NCBI GenBank assembly: GCA_013239625.1
Contig: MU054323.1
Span: forward strand, 18,046,029-18,110,028
Direction of reading: 5' to 3'
Length of the DNA: 64,000 bases
Source: Lama guanicoe
Taxonomy: Eukaryota
The position numbers and the translations under genes are program-made. This document shows, one piece after another, positions 1 to 11,758 of this stretch (its first letter is position 1; every line of letters starts with the position of its first letter). The notes under the pieces are model-generated. The model was not told where the DNA came from and searched no databases. It saw only the letters and a list, made by a program, of their open reading frames with translations.

Positions 1-158
1 ACCAATTGTAGTGCATGAGTGACTCCAAGGCTCGGAGTCAAGGAATTTCCCCAAAGTCCTTCAGCCGGGTAGGGACAGAGCTAGACCCAGGGTCTAGAGA
101 TCTTAGCTCACACTTGAACCTTTACATTTATATTTGCTTTTATTTTGGGTTTGATTAC

Positions 159-396
159 CAAGCAGGTTCCAGGCAGAGATCATAGTCTGGTGCTCCCAGA
201 AGTATTTCTCTCAAGGGCGGGCAGGACACACACTGGAGGGTTAAAGTTAATCTTCTTGCATTACTGTTTCTCCATTTGACAAATGATGAGGGTGTGCAGA
301 CCTGGGAGGGCTGGACTGATTTTTTTCCAGTCTGCATATTCCCTATCCTGCCATATTCTTAGCTTTGGAGTTCATTCTTGCAATTGAGTCCTGATT
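159..396 (-). pseudogene. Fossil exon candidate (NQDSIARMNSKAKNMAG*GICRLEKNQSSPPRSAHPHH...)
   Basis: Acceptor tttcttctctttAG, donor G|GTAATC; 238 bp, phase 0 in / 1 out; 4 stops. Confidence 0.5.
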
Positions 397-814
397 CTAA
401 AGAGAAGAAACTTCTATAAAAAACATGTAGTGAGTGGGATTTAAATAATCTCTACATAACCTCTCTCAGCTTCTGCATAAAATTCCCTGGAAGGCACTAA
501 AAATATATGGGGAATATGATGGATAGCCCATTGCCCAGACTTGAGAGAAATCTCCACAAACTACACAGCTGAAGAACTAGGTTGAAAAACACCACCAGTA
601 GCCCACCTGTGCTTAGAAATGAATTATGATTGCCTTCCTAAGAGTAGGTAGAGAGCACCCTTTGTAACCACTCCACTGGGCTATCCACATGTGAAATGCA
701 GGATTGTTATCATCCAGAGAACTGTGTGTACATCTCCATTACTGTGTGGCTGATGCATTAATTAATTTAATGTTGCCACAGTGTAATCTCTCTTGCTTTC
801 ATTATTACACTTAC

Positions 815-1103
815 ATTCAGAGATTGGGACCTCCACAGGCAGGAAGTGGTGGTGGTGGGAAAACTCACGGGGTTTACAATACCCTCCTTGGTGTTGACCC
901 CATGAGCAATGGGCTGAAGGCAGGTGCCCAGAGAGGTCTTTATTTACTCCATCTGTTTAACACACCAGGAAAGCAGCCAGTCAGAGCTGGGAAAGATGTC
1001 ATGGAAGCCTGGCAGAGCTGCTCTTGAGGAAGGTCCATTCAAGACCGGAAACGGGTCAGAATTGCACACAACAACCTATGAACTTGAGGATTTTAAACAA
1101 GGT
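815..1103 (-). pseudogene. Fossil exon candidate (PCLKSSSS*VVVCNSDPFPVLNGPSSRAALPGFHDIFPSS...)
   Basis: Acceptor ctctctgttccatttAG, donor AAT|GTAAGT; 289 bp, phase 2 in / 0 out, matching both neighbouring candidates; 2 stops. Confidence 0.55.
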
Positions 1104-1249
1104 CTAAATGGAACAGAGAGTTGGGACAAGGGCATTTCATACTCCTTGTCTCTTGGCAAATGCAGTCCTGGATAGATAGTTCCTCATTTGATTTTTAATA
1201 AAAATCACAAAAAACCCAACAAGCATATGTTTCCTCTGAGACAGATCTT

Positions 1250-2130
1250 TCTACAAAATAAGTGAGAAGATACATCATCCTGAAAATTCAGAGGAGGAAC
1301 AGACTTATTAAAATTATTTACTATAGGGACCATTAGGGAAAATTTAATAATTATTTAGCTGCCTCCATAAAAAAGCCAGAAGACATGGTATCTATGAAAC
1401 AAAAGCAGAAAACCATAAGGAAGGAACAACCAAAGATGTAGTCAAGGCAACCGCTGTAATAAGAAAGGTGAAAAAAAATAAAAAATGAAGTAGAATTTAA
1501 GTTCTCATTAATGGCAGTAATGAGAAGAAAGGACATTACAGGACATCAAATCAGTGATGTGGAAGGCGGAGTAGCTCAGAATTCAGAAGAAAAGGACAAG
1601 GAGAGAACAAAGATGAAAGACAAGATGCTATTCTGTTCATACACATTTCAGATGATACGTACTTGTGCATCCGACATGTGTGTATCTCAGTGTATGTGCA
1701 TATATGTGTGTATGTATATATAGATGTATAGACACACCCAGGGATAATTATAGTGGAGAACAGAGAACCAGCTTAATCATTTTATATGATCCCAAGGATG
1801 TCCCAGAGCATTCCAAATAGACGCATTAACTAACAATGTATTTAAGCCTAAAAACTTTCCTGAGTTGAAAAAAGATTCACCTAGGCTGCTTGAAAACAAT
1901 CTATATTTTCAGCAAAATCACTGAAAAGTGACCTGACTCAGAGTCAAAGTTTGAATTAAAAAGGTGCAGGAATAAACTTACATGTGTCTAGAAAAGTGAA
2001 ATGAGAGACGGCGTAAAACAGAATGAATCAGCACAGACTCTGACTTCTCTGCTATAATAAATCTCAGAAAACAGTGAAACCCAAGTGTTCAGGAGCTTGA
2101 GGAAAGATTGCAGCGCAGTCATTCTGTGAT
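1250..2130 (+). mobile_element. Ancient L1M/HAL1-like ORF1 remnant
   Basis: A-rich degraded ORF1-like sequence (aaaactttcctgagttgaa; tcagcacagactctgacttctc). Confidence 0.55.
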
Positions 2131-2392
2131 TATTTCCTGTCCCTTTACCAGGAGGTGGTCATTATTCCCTACTTTGTTCTCCGGTTCTCTGTCTGCATGA
2201 CTCCTTTCTTAGGGCAGAGTCCGGGTCTGAGACATTGTTGTTGGTAGTGGTGTCCAGCACAGAACCTTGCACGGTGGGCTTGCTAGAGATGTTTGGTTGG
2301 ACGGAAATAGGAAGGCATCATGGCCTTGTGACAAGTGAAGAGTCCTCAGGTTTGGATGGCTTCGGCAAGGGGTGGGGCTGTGGCTCCCTTAC

Positions 2393-2499
2393 TTTAGTTC
2401 AGTTCAAAATGTTTCCAAGTGGGACCATGATACCACTGGCCAAAGACAGATACTTCTCAGAAACATCTTTCTGCTTAAAACATCGTGGCACTTACTGTT
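2393..2499 (-). pseudogene. Fossil exon candidate (NSKCHDVLSRKMFLRSICLWPVVSWSHLETF*TEL)
   Basis: Acceptor gtctttctgctaAG, donor AAA|GTAAGG; 107 bp, phase 0 in / 2 out. Confidence 0.45.
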
Positions 2500-2539
2500 C
2501 TTAGCAGAAAGACAGTGGACTTAGCAGAAGCCATTGTAA

Positions 2540-3050
2540 ACCAGGCTGTGCACCACCCAGCTCTCGGCGACCTTCCCAACCTATCTGCACTGTCCACACC
2601 CTTGCTCTCTGCCTGCTGCCCTGCTGGCTTTCTCGGAGTTTCTGGAATGCTGGCTCTAGGTCTATTCTCCTATTATCACTGGCATTCCTCCTATCCCAGC
2701 TGTTAAGACTACGTTTATGTCTGCTGCTAGTTGATTAGCACTTGTCCCCTTAAATAGCCCCAAGGTCCATAAGGACAGTATGTGTGCGATTTTCCCTTCA
2801 TTTTATCCCCAGCACCGGCATACATCTGGCCTAGAGTAGGTCCTTCATAATTCTTTGCTGAACACATGGGCGTATGACCAAGCTTAGAGACCTGATTCTA
2901 TGTGTTATATCTTGAGGTTCCACTTTGCCTCCATGAGACTGGTTTTCTTTACCAGTCAAGAGGGAACAATTCACAGAATTGTTCTGGAAAACAACTTAGG
3001 CACTGCGATGAAGGGATTTTGTCGATTACAACCCATTCTACAAGAGTAAA
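2540..3050 (+). mobile_element. L2 3' fragment followed by MIR fragment
   Basis: L2 tail motif (ccccagcacc...ctggcctagagtaggtccttcataatt) followed by a MIR core-like sequence. Confidence 0.55.
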
Positions 3051-3452
3051 TTGCTATTTTTGATTCTGTTGATTTATGATTATTCTAGAGCAGATGTGAT
3101 CAGGGCTACACAAAGAGATACAATTCATTGTTGGCCCCTGTTGTTCCTTTTCTGTTCTCTTCATTTAGTGAGTCTCCTTTTATTGTTCTGCTGTCAAAGC
3201 CAGTATTAAGGAAGGGATCTGACACAAACCATTTACATCCTGATGTCAGTTTAAACACTGGGGGTATTTGCAGTTTAAACATGATCTCTGATTGAAGAAC
3301 AAAAGCCTTTCTGTTTTTAAATAAATGACAAACATCAGTGAGGAGACAGGGACTGAGCCCCGGGGAGTGGGTCACTGGAGACAGCAGCAGGGAAGCCTGC
3401 CCCTCCTGGGCCCACCCTGCCATCTCCTCTGCCTGCCCCTGGGCCCCAGCAC

Positions 3453-3558
3453 CTTTCACATCAGTGTCCCCTGTTTCTGAGGGGTCTTCTTCCTGGTCAG
3501 TGATTCCCCGTTTGTCTGGAATTCCACCATCCTGACTCATTTCGGTTCAGAATTCCCC
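3453..3558 (-). pseudogene. Fossil exon candidate (GEF*TEMSQDGGIPDKRGITDQEEDPSETGDTDVK)
   Basis: Acceptor gctgtattctAG, weak donor AAG|GTGCTG; acidic open frame. Confidence 0.35.
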
Positions 3559-3678
3559 CTAGAATACAGCGTTTTGTTGATTTTGAGAATTTTTGAGGCT
3601 ATTGTGCTTGTTTCTGAGGAAAGTGGAGGCAGTCTGGAATTTTGCCATAAAAGTACCACCTGTGGGATGTTTTAGCAA

Positions 3679-3710
3679 CCCCCACCCCACCCCACCCCAC
3701 CCCACCCCCA
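3679..3710 (+). repeat. (CCCCA)n simple repeat
   Basis: Direct reading. Confidence 0.9.
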
Positions 3711-4079
3711 ACCTGGTCCAGCAATCACCAGAGTCTTTGGAGAACTAGGGAAGAGAACTGCCTTTTCTGGGGGTTTGGGTCCCAGGATGGAGAGAATTAG
3801 GGAGCAGGCGACCGTGATAAGTCGGGGGAGGACAGACTGTCACTGCTCTTTCAGACCCTGCTGGGAGGACGTGAACTTTTGGAGTGGTTATTACTGTTGC
3901 GTTTTGGTTGCCACGCATCAATCCCGGGTGCCTCTGGTAATTTTCTTGGGACAAATGCCGTGATTGGAGGCATGGCAGGACACGCATGGGGTACTCCCCA
4001 TCATCTCGGACTTTAAGGAGCTTATAACTTAGTGGTAGAGATGAGACATATACACAAAAAATCTAAAGGGCAGGCATAA

Positions 4080-4760
4080 GCCCGGAAGGGTTGGGAGGAA
4101 CAGTGCGTGTTCCAGGAGACCCTGCTGCGGGCTGCGGGCTGGGTGGTCGACAGAGCTTGCCGGCCGGCTGAGCGGGGCTTGATGTGACTTGGAAGGAGGA
4201 CTAAGGGAGAACAGTCTTCCAAGTAGGGGGCGGAGGAGGAAGGGGTGGGAGGAGACCATATCAAGTGAGCAAAACAAGGCCCCCACGTGTTTCTGAATTC
4301 TGACGTCATTAATGCGCCGTTACCTCAGGGCTCCCCCCCACCAGACGCTGAAGGCGGTAGCCGAGCCCCCGGGGAGGTGGGGGGGTGGGGGGTCCACCAG
4401 TGGCGCAGCCTAAGAGCCTGCAAATGAAAGAGGGGAGGACAGCCGCCATTCTCGCCAGTTCACAGGTGAGGACCCTGAGGAATCATTGCAGAAGGAGGAG
4501 TGGCGTCCTTGGTGATGTCCACCTGTACGTGGTTCTCGGCCCCCTTGTTCCCTAGATCCGTTTCGCTGCCGTTCATATGTTCTAGCATCTGCCATAACTG
4601 CAGAAAAGAACACGGCAGATCGAGTGATAACCTGGAGGAAGGAGAAACCGGATGCCCTCCAGCCCACGTGAGCTGGATCGCTGCCAGGCTGGACGTGCTG
4701 GGCACACAGGGACCAGAGAGGTGCGCCCCTGCTCAGTTTTACTGTGTGACTCATGTCCTC
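4080..4760. promoter_or_regulatory. CpG/GC-rich segment with promoter/enhancer-type motifs
   Basis: GC box GGGGGCGGAG 4226-4235, E-boxes CACGTG 4284-4289 and near 4665, full CRE TGACGTCA 4301-4308, AP-1 TGACTCA 4747-4753, many retained CpGs. Confidence 0.45.
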
Positions 4761-5364
4761 CCCCAGCTGGTGCATTGGAGCAGGCTCTGCAGCTTTGAGC
4801 CAAATGACTGCAGTGCTCCACCCAGGGGCCTCTGTGCTGTACCAACTCGTGGATTTTCCCTGCTTGACCCACGCTGGCCCCGAGCTTGTAACCCCAGAAC
4901 TCCAGGGTTAGGAAGTGCCTGCCGGCCTTCTGTTCTGAACCAGCTCCTTGGAAGGCTGAGGTGTCTCCAACAGTTCTTGAGTGCACAGGAACACGGTTCC
5001 TTCCAGAGGTGCTTCACCTCCACGGGGTGCAAATTGATTAAAGGTCCATTTACTCCCAGGGAAAAGGGAAGAAGAGGGCCCCTCAGGCATTCCAGATCCT
5101 GGAAAGGAGCTGAACTCCAGTGAGCAAAGAACATCAGGAACGTGAGGGAAAATTCTCCTTTGTGCTTCAGCTCAGAGGACTTACCTGGGCTAATTAGCTT
5201 TCTGCACAGCTGTAGGGGGCAGTACTAATGCCGGGAAGCAGTGGATAATCAGGCCTTCTCTGTCTAAAAAGAAAACTGTATCTTGGTGTTAGGGATCAGT
5301 TCTCTCTCTCCTTCGCTGATTTGCATTGCTTTAATTATTAGGGAGGGTGAGAATTTCTATTCTT

Positions 5365-5610
5365 ATTTTTTATTGTGGTAAGAACACTCAACTGGCCTCT
5401 AACCACTTTACAATTTTTGAGGGCACAATATGCTATTGTTCACTATGGGCACTGTGTTGAACAGCACATCTCCAGACCTAAATTGTTTTTTTGTACAACT
5501 GAAGCTTTAATCTTGTTGAACAGTGAGTGACTCCCCATTTCTCCATCACCCCAGCCCTTGGCAACCATCCTTGTGTTCTCTGCTTCTCTGAGTTTGACTC
5601 TTTTAGAAAA
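5365..5610 (-). mobile_element. L1MA-type 3' end fragment
   Basis: tttttattgtggtaagaacac...ccccagcccttggcaaccatc typical of L1MA 3' UTR, antisense. Confidence 0.75.
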
Positions 5611-5684
5611 CAGGTGTTATGAGTGAGCACACAAAACATTAGAGCCCAGCAGATCATACTTACATATGGAGCTGAGGGCATTTA

Positions 5685-6365
5685 AAAATTTTTTTACTGG
5701 GGTGAAAAACACATAGCATAAAATTGATCATCTGAATCATTTTTAAGTGTACAGTTCAGTAGGATTAAGTACATACATGTTGTTGTGAAGCTGATCACCA
5801 AGACTTTTTTATCTTGCAGAACCAAAACTCTACACCCATGAAATAGCTGCCCTTTCCCCTCTCCCTGCAGGCCCGGGCAACCACCTTTCTACTTTCTGTT
5901 TCTATGAATTTGACGACTGTCAATGCCTCTTAAGTGGAATCATCCTGTATTTGTCTTTTTGCAACTGGCTTATTTCACGTAGCGTAATGTCCTCAAAGTT
6001 CATTCATGGTGTCGCATGTGACAGGATTTCCTTCCTTTTTAAGGCTGAATAATATTCCATTCTACGTATAGTCCACATCTTCTTAATTCATTCAGCTGTG
6101 GGTGGACTTTTGGTTTGCATCTACCTCTTGGCTATTGTGAATAATGCTGCTGGGAGTTTACATATTGCAACAATCTCTTTGAGATCCTTCTGTTAATTTT
6201 TTTGCATATATAGTAAGAATGAGATTGCTGGAAAACAAGTATTGGGGAGTGGGTGGGGGAACTGGAACCCTCTGCACTGTTGGTGGCAATATAAAATGGC
6301 ACAGCTGCTAAGGAAAACAGTACGGAGGTTCTTAAAAAAATTAAAAATAGAACTACCATAGGATC
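5685..6365 (-). mobile_element. L1MB-type truncated insertion with 5' inversion (about 6230-6365 in + orientation)
   Basis: Antisense 3' UTR/ORF2 end up to ...gagattgctgga, then sense ORF2 piece ending aatagaactaccataggatc, which is contiguous with it in the L1 consensus. Confidence 0.75.
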
Positions 6366-6764
6366 TTAATTCTGTTTAACACAGCAACATCAAGACCAAT
6401 TAATGTGTTGTCTTACAGATTCTTTGTTGAACTGAATGCTTCTGTGGTAAAGACAGAGAAAGCCTAATGCATTTTATTGAACAAGCATAAATAGGTAAGG
6501 CAGGAAGATTGCAGAATGTAGAGATTAGTACTTGCTGCTGGGAAGAATAGAATCACAGCTCTACAAATAGAGAACAAATCTTATTCTTTACTTCTCTGCC
6601 TAGACTGTACCACACACACACACACACAAAACGATCATAGGTAAGCACAAAGAAACAGTGAGTTATTTATTGTAATACTTATAAGGGTTCCAAATTGTAA
6701 ATATCTAAATTATCAAACAATATGGGATTTCTTAGATTATCGTAAATCCACAAAAAGGACCACT

Positions 6765-7039
6765 CTGCTGATAGAACAAGTTAGTGGTTACTAGTAGGGA
6801 GAGGGAAGGGGGAGGGGCTATAGTGGGGTAGGGGATTAATAGGTACAAACTATTATGTATAAAATAAGCCACAAGGATATATTGTATCACATGGGGAATC
6901 TAGTCAATATTTTATAATATCTATAAATGGAGTTTAACCTTTAAAAACTGTGAATAACTAGATAGTACACCTGTACCTTACATAATATACATAATTGTAC
7001 AGCAACTGTACTTCAATTAACAAAATAACTTATATTCAT
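6765..7039 (+). mobile_element. 5'-truncated L1 3' end with 12-bp TSD
   Basis: L1 3' UTR sequence; TSD AAAAGGACCACT at 6753-6764 and 7040-7051. Confidence 0.85.
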
Positions 7040-7383
7040 AAAAGGACCACTGCCATTAAAAATAAGATGGCTGATTAGAAACATTAAAGACAAAATATTC
7101 ATGATCATACCTTTCAGTAAAAAAAAAAGCAGTTTCTAAAACGGTAGTTACCATCACATTGATTCAATTCAATTACATACAATATATGTATTTGGAAGAT
7201 AGTCACAAAAATATGAATTGTGGTCAAGAGTGCCGCATTATGTAATGAGGGTTGTGTGATGCACAGCCCGGGAGCTGTGGAGTGCAGGAGTCCTGAGTGG
7301 TTATTTCTGGGGTGTGGGATCACAGGTGTCTTCTATTTGTCCTGTATTGCTTACTCTTCAATTTTTTTTCCCCCGAAGCACAT

Positions 7384-7933
7384 TGTTACTGAGCCAAGTT
7401 TTGGTCAACCCTCAGCAAGCCAAAACTCTAAGACACTGAGGTTTACAGCAAAGAGAGGGTTTATTCACAAGGCAGCCACGGTGGAAACGGAGAACCAGTC
7501 CCAAATCCACCGGAAGGAAACCGGCTTGGGATATTTATAGGATAAAGAATAAAGAATAAAGAAGCAGGGTGGTCTGGGGCATGGGGAGTGTGGGGAAAGA
7601 TAATTGGAAAAAGATGCAGTAACCTCCCCTCTGCTAAGGGGTTACTAAGCTACTGGCCTCTGCATATTGAAAAATGCTTGATCTTAGGGCGGAATTTTCT
7701 GCCCTCTGACGTCAAAAGGTCACCGACCAGAAGCGCATGCCCAGTTGGAGGGGGAGGCGGTCCTATCCAGTCTTAACCAGCTCAAACTAGACACAGCTGA
7801 TTCCAAGTTCCTGGAAAATAACTTACTGTTTAGGCTATGTGAGGCTTGGAAGACGTGCAAGTCGCAATTAAAACGACCTTGAGTTCGTGTCGGCAGGTGA
7901 AATGGATTTGACTAGTGGTTACCCATGGTTTCA
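7384..7933 (-). mobile_element. Solo LTR, ERV1-class
   Basis: TG...CA termini, 4-bp TSD ACAT (7380-7383, 7934-7937), minus-strand TATAAA near 7535 and AATAAA near 7460; internal CRE TGACGTCA 7707-7714. Confidence 0.8.
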
Positions 7934-8084
7934 ACATGACTTAAATTTTTTTCTTACTATAAAAATGATAAAAAGTGGCAAATGAAAGGAGCTGGCACTG
8001 AACCCAGGGCCACTTCAGGCACTAGGAATAGCATTGTAAAACTGGAGATGCCCTGCATTTTCCAGTATACCCCGGAGTAAGCAG

Positions 8085-8240
8085 AGAAGATCAAACTTAA
8101 TGGTGCATCAGAATCACCTGGAGGGCTTGTTAAACCGATGCTGGGCTCCACCCCCGGAGGTTCTCATTTAGTTGTCTCTGTGGGTCCGGAGAACATGCAG
8201 CTCTCAGTAGGCTGTCCCGTCTCTGCTGCTGGCCCCAAGG
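8085..8240. mobile_element. MER5A-like hAT-Charlie DNA transposon
   Basis: gcatcagaatcacctggagggcttgttaaa signature. Confidence 0.75.
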
Positions 8241-8242
8241 CT

Positions 8243-8640
8243 TCATTCTGAGCATCCCTGAAGGTGAGTGTGATTTGGTGGAAAAGGGCCCCGGTACACT
8301 AAGCTCTGGTTGGAAGTTTTGGGCTGACAGTTTTGTTGAAGTCCCAGGGTTGAACTCCAGCTCTCCACAAGGTCTTCCTTTTCCCCGCCGGCCCTGCAGA
8401 CGCCTTCACCCCATGAGGTAAACTCGAGTAAGAAAGAAGCTTGCAGCTTCCTTTCTAGGCCCTGAACTAGAGATACGCAAAAGCTCTTTTTGACCCATTT
8501 GTTTGTTTTGTGCCTCTGAGCTTTCTCCATAAAGTGATGGAAATACAATAATTCTCCGTGGCAGGTCCAACATGAAAAATAGAATATATTCAGGATGTTA
8601 TGATAAGATCTGTTTGGGAAAAGTATTGCAAGTTTCTTGT
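8243..8640 (-). pseudogene. Fossil exon candidate (YKKLAILFPNRSYHNILNIFYFSCWTCHGELLYFHHFMEKAQRHK...), 3' end runs into MER5A
   Basis: Acceptor ttttttgtctcctaacAG; phase-1 frame open for about 130 codons (includes ORF 8243-8548). Confidence 0.55.
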
Positions 8641-8762
8641 CTGTTAGGAGACAAAAAAACTGTACCTTTATTTATACCAGCTCTGAATTATGCAAATGGA
8701 TTGCTTAATTCTCTTAAGAGCTCAAACGAGGCTTCAGACAAGCACAGTGCTGCTGTACTTAC

Positions 8763-8959
8763 ATTTAGTGTATATATTATCTAAGATTTGTCTTAGGATT
8801 TGCATACATTATGCACTTTGATGTTTATTGACAAACACCGCCATTCGCCTGTACAGTCCTTTTTTAGAGAAAAACCTTCATGAGGACTTTGGGATTGTAT
8901 TACAAAGGTGAGAATTGTCGGCCTTTCTCTGGAGATGTAAAAGGTCCACGGCAGTTGTG
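8763..8959 (-). pseudogene. Fossil exon candidate (TTAVDLLHLQRKADNSHLCNTIPKSS*RFFSKKG...)
   Basis: Acceptor ctttgtctcatctcAG, donor AAT|GTAAGT; 197 bp, phase 2 in / 1 out, compatible with both neighbours; 2 stops. Confidence 0.55.
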
Positions 8960-9039
8960 CTGAGATGAGACAAAGGCTTTAATGATGACATTGCATATTT
9001 GTTTATTGCGTATTTGTTTATTGCTTTGCTTTTCTAAAA

Positions 9040-9240
9040 CACTTTACTGTTTTTAAAGTGCTTTCAAATTGCCTCATTTTCTCAACTGAACGAGGTAGCT
9101 GGGTTGTAAGCCATTCATGCCTACTTTTATAGATCAAGAAACCAAGACTTGAAGTGGTTAAATGAGCTTAGGCATAAGACCCCACTTGCCTTAGACAGGT
9201 GGTGAGTTGAAATTTAAACCTGATGTTTTCACTCTTGGGT
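9040..9240 (-). mobile_element. MIR SINE
   Basis: cctacttttatagatcaagaaaccaagacttgaagtggttaaatga core. Confidence 0.65.
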
Positions 9241-9651
9241 TTTCCTTCCCAACACACGCTGCTTTTTGTGAACCTATCAGTCACCTTTTATTGTGAAGCT
9301 TCTAGAGGAATAGAAAAGACAAATTGTTACCTCTCAGAAGTTTTAGCGCTGGGCTGGTAGCACTACACATGTGGCGTTTCTCGTGTTTGTATCCTTTCTA
9401 AGAGTAATAAGTGAGAGATTGTGTCTCTTTCTGCTGTTGCTTGAAAGACAAAATTGGCAACATCATTGAATTGTGTAATAGGGCATACTTGTGGAATGAT
9501 TAATGGAAATAACTATCAAACAAAATCATTTTCAGCTTTAGACTAGAAGATGGCCTAATGCCTTCTAATTGAGGTGGGAGGGAATTTTACATTTAGAAAA
9601 AAGATGTTTCAATTTCATTCTTTGGCATTCTCCTCTTCCCATAAAATTTAC

Positions 9652-9973
9652 ATCTGTGGAGCCTGGGTGTGATTTACTGGCAAGAGTTCTGCAAAGCAAA
9701 GGCCAAGTGTTGAGCCGGGAGATGCAGGGCATGTGGAGGCAGCTGATGCTGTTGAGATTTGCTCAGTCACGGTTGATGAAAAGTGTGCGCGTCTCCACCT
9801 GGAGTGGAGGGAAAGCTGGGGGAGGCAGCTCCTTGGAGGAAAATAGTCAGTTTTCAAGATTTCTTTGGAGAGGGGAGGGGCCGTGACGAATCTGTGAACC
9901 ATCCCTGGAGGATGCTTGTGTGCACGTAGTGCACCTCTGGAGAGAAGTATTTCATGGCAGACACTTCTATCTT
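9652..9973 (-). pseudogene. Fossil exon candidate (EDRSVCHEILLSRGALRAHKHPPGMVHRFVTAPPLSKEILKTDYFPPR...)
   Basis: Acceptor ttttcttgtttttctcaaaactcaaAG, donor GAT|GTAAAT; 322 bp fully open, phase 1 in / 2 out. Confidence 0.5.
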
Positions 9974-10254
9974 CTTTGAGTTTTGAGAAAAACAAGAAAA
10001 TATCAAGCCTCTTGCCCTGCCCCCCCCCCAGGCCTGATGCTCGGAGGCCAGGAGTTGAGCCCTGAAGCTAAGCTCAGAAGTGCCCTCCATGCGCAGACAC
10101 ACACCAGCTGGGAGGGCACCCAAGGCTGGCCGTGGGGTCAGGCTCCCAGCTAGTTTGCTCCATACATGAAAGAACCCAGAATGGTGTTGCAGTTTTATTT
10201 TACCCACGGAGAAGCCTCTGTGAAGCTTGAGGCCTACTCAGTGGCTGAAGGCTT

Positions 10255-10700
10255 TGTCAAGTGAAAACAAATCTGGACTTGGGTAAGGAGCAACTTTATT
10301 CAGAGACCGTTGTAATAGGGTGCGTACTCAAATCTCAGGATCTACAGGCGTCTCGAAAGCAACCAGGAAATGCCTGTTCTTGTACGGGGAGGGGGAAGCA
10401 GGGCTTCTGAAGGGAAACCTGGCAAGTGAGCAGGGGGTGGGCAGACAGCAGGAGGGGGTGGTTAGACAGGAAATGTTTCTCGCTGTAGTGGGCCTGTTCC
10501 CAGGATGGGCTCTCAAGGGCTCAGTGTTCTGCACGTCAGTGCTTGCTCACTCGTGGGGCCACAGTTCAGAGGCCCACGGGGAGGAGAGAAGCCTGACTAA
10601 AGTTTGGTCAGGCCAAGTCAGCGGGCAGTTAATGGGCCGTTGTGAACACCTGTCAGCTGTGAGCTTTCTAGACGGCAGGGCTGGAGTGTCAGCTCGGCAG
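10255..10700 (-). mobile_element. LTR-like element (ERV1-type), followed by MER5-like remnant to about 10835
   Basis: TGTC start, minus-strand AATAAA near 10295 and LTR-like composition; right boundary uncertain. Confidence 0.5.
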
Positions 10701-10859
10701 TCGTTTCTGGATGTTAGAACCCAGACCGACTGCTCCAGGGGCTTGTCAGAAACACTGATTCTACGATTCCATCCTTGGGAATCTGTATTTTAACACGCTT
10801 CCCTGAATCGGATCATATCCAAGTTTGGGAACAAATCACATCATGAACAATAGATTTAA

Positions 10860-11060
10860 TTAGGCCTGATTCAGAGCAGTGGGTCTGCTGCTTGTTAGCT
10901 GGATAGATCAGTTAATTACACTTAGCCTCAGTCTCCCCATCTATGAAATGGGGTTACTACTGACTACTTCAAACAGTCCCTGTGAGGATTAGAGAACACT
11001 AATGGGAAAGTTCCAACAAGAAAAAGGAAAGAGAAAATTTTAAGTACTAAGTTGTTACCA
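10860..11060 (+). mobile_element. MIR SINE
   Basis: agcctcagtctccccatctatgaaatgggg...tgtgaggattaga core. Confidence 0.75.
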
Positions 11061-11346
11061 TAGGGGAACAACCTCTGATTTTTGTTCACTGGGTTTTTGT
11101 TTGCTCTTTAAAAGGAAAAAAGTTTCCCATCCATCTCAGCTGGCGGGCCTAGGCCCATCACGTCCAGCTGTGAGCAGCCATCCACTTACCCCAGCACAAT
11201 GCAGGAAAATAATTGCTTACATATTCTGAGAGAGGGAAATGACTAGGAATATGGACTGGACAGGCTTCTGAGGCTTTATGGTTCTGGAGTAGTTCCAGGA
11301 TCAGAATCCATCTTCCAGGACCTGTCCAGTGTCCTAGAAACTCTAC

Positions 11347-11372
11347 TGTGTGTGTGTGTGTGTGTGTGTGTG
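11347..11372 (+). repeat. (TG)n microsatellite
   Basis: Direct reading. Confidence 0.95.
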
Positions 11373-11550
11373 AGATCGTAGATCCAGGGCCTACCGGGGT
11401 AGAAGAACCACGTATCCAGAGCCATTGTTTCTCCTGGACGCAGTATGCAGTGTGGGCATTATAACCTTGGTGGTGGGATAATGGAATGACTGTCCTTTAG
11501 AAAGTATTTTTTGCTACTGCTCTTAGTTTTCATTTTGTTTTTGTTTTTAG

Positions 11551-11758
11551 GTAGTGAAATTGTTTCAAAACAGAGCTTGATATTGTGGCAGGAACTTTGC
11601 TGATGCGTCAGGCATCTGATCACAGCACTTTGCACCACTGATTTTTACCTACAGTCTGGACTTTGTCCACAGCTCCCCTGACTCATGTTCCCATTGGGTA
11701 TAAAAGGGGCACAGTCTCAGGAATTCAAAGGAACAGATACTCTCCCAACCGTGACATC
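11551..11758 (+). other. Plus-strand exon-like segment containing AP-1 and TATA motifs
   Basis: Acceptor ttttgtttttgtttttAG, donor ATC|GTGAGT; TGACTCA 11679-11685, TATAAAA 11699-11705. Confidence 0.4.

Noticed and set aside
4500..5134. Overlapping 120-207 aa ORFs
   Set aside because: Expected in GC-rich sequence; non-ATG starts and no protein family resemblance.
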